The position numbers and the translations under genes were made by a program. Shown piece after piece: positions 62,979 to 64,000 of a stretch of 64,000 nt of DNA; positions within the stretch are counted from its first letter, which is position 1, and each line of letters starts with the position of its first letter. The notes beneath the pieces are model-generated. The model was given only the letters and a program-made list of their open reading frames with translations, had not been told where the DNA came from and did not search any database. The stretch lies in the NCBI RefSeq assembly GCF_021028975.2, contig NC_059431.1:88784001-88848000 (forward strand), given 5' to 3'. The DNA is from Sphaerodactylus townsendi (lineage: Eukaryota).

Positions 62979-63200
62979 CTTGGCCTGGATGATCCAAGCT
63001 AACCTAATTTCCTCAAATCTTTAAAAAAGCAGGGTCAGCCCTGGTTAGTACTTGGATGGGAGACCCCCATGGAAGTCCACAGTTGCTATGCAGAGAAAAC
63101 GAATGGCAAACCTTTTCTATTTGTCTCTCTCCTTGAAAACCCTACTAGGTTGCTGTGACTCAGCTGTGGCTTGATGGCACCATGCAGACACTCACATGCA
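62979..63200 (+). mobile_element. 5S-derived SINE
   Basis: agcagggtcagccctggttagtacttggatgggagacc nearly matches vertebrate 5S rRNA (intermediate element and C box). Followed by an aatggcaaacc RTE-type tail. Confidence 0.8.
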
Positions 63201-63259
63201 GGTCTCTAACCTGACAGGCAAAATGGGAATCTTATTACACTGAATCATTTTTGGGGCGG

Positions 63260-63497
63260 GATCTGTGCGACGTCCCCCCCCCCCAAACCCAGGTTTTTTT
63301 TATCTTGCTACACCAGTGGTGGCAAACCTTTGGCACTCCAGATGTCATGGACTACAATTCCCATCAGTCCCTGCCAGCATGGCCAATTGGGCATGCTGGC
63401 AGGGGCTGATGGGAATTGTAGTCCATAACATCTGGAGTGCCAAAGGTTCTCCACCACGTTCCTACACCCATGTCTACTGGCCTGTGTGGAAGGGGCC
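63260..63497. mobile_element. Harbinger-like right end, interrupted by a hAT MITE
   Basis: Terminus cctgtgtggaaggggcc|TTA. The subterminal sequence is a reverse-complement relative of 60266-60301. Confidence 0.5.
63314..63459. mobile_element. Palindromic hAT MITE (gtggcaaacctttggcactc subfamily)
   Basis: Inverted repeat. The flanks tgctacac and tcctacac match at 7 of 8 positions. Confidence 0.9.
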
Positions 63498-64000
63498 TTA
63501 GTTCCATGGAGTTCCACTGTTAACTCTCAAAGGTATTGAATACTGTTAGGCATCTTGAGTTAGTTGAAATTGTAATGTATAAGAAAGTTTTAAATGTTTT
63601 CAAATGTTTAATGTCTATACTGTTATATGGAAGATGGTGAGCAACCTGAAGCTTGAAACGGGCAGGGTGGCATACTCAGTCTAATAAATCTACATCTCAA
63701 TATCCCTCTCCTTGAGATGATACTTTCTTGTCTGTTATTCACTTGACCAACCAATAAGTTTTGAAACTTTTTGGCTCCAATCCAAACTTTTAGCTTTTTG
63801 AGAAGCATCTTTTTTCCTATGTATTTTAACACCTTTTGGAATAAAGATAGCTTCAGGGACCCCTAATTTTCAGTTTGGTTTTGACCCTGGTATTAGTGGG
63901 AGTATGTCGTAGGAATATGTATATACAGCTGCATTACCCCTGCAACCAACACAGGTGTGTCCAAGATTTCTCTCTTTTCCCATTTCACTCCTTCCACTGC

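Noticed and set aside
63029-63066. Near-exact 5S rRNA match
   Set aside because: It covers only part of 5S and continues into a SINE tail, so it is not an rRNA gene.
9232-63459. Recurrent palindromic repeats resembling a CRISPR or other repeat-spacer system
   Set aside because: The copies are dispersed kilobases apart, most with their own 8-bp TSD, in eukaryotic DNA. They are MITEs.

Overview
This is eukaryotic, AT-rich, repeat-dense non-coding DNA. The repeat inventory (5S-headed SINEs with RTE/BovB-type tails, tRNA-headed SINEs with L2-type tails, CR1, L2, L1, R4/Dong, Penelope, DIRS, hAT and Harbinger MITEs) points to a squamate reptile, probably a gecko; this is inferred from family recognition, not a search. 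I could not identify any host protein-coding gene. Most ORF-track entries are chance ORFs or transposon fragments. Main content: (1) a full-length, very young Ty1/Copia LTR retrotransposon on the minus strand (55274-60001), with 356-bp LTRs differing at 2 sites, a 5-bp TSD, a half-tRNA-iMet PBS and a PPT; (2) a decayed DIRS retrotransposon (about 8670-16058, minus) holding a multi-level nest of younger insertions; (3) eight copies of one palindromic hAT MITE group, the five core copies having exact 8-bp TSDs centred on CTA(G/A); (4) several Harbinger MITEs, some CpG-rich; (5) fragments of L1, L2, CR1, Gypsy, R4/Dong and Penelope. The non-repeat signals most worth testing are a long hairpin at 44956-45094 whose arm differences are mostly G.U-compatible on the + strand, a compact box C/D-like unit at 53354-53413, and an RTE-like 5' leader on the R4/Dong fragment. 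I cannot demonstrate a new biological system from sequence alone.
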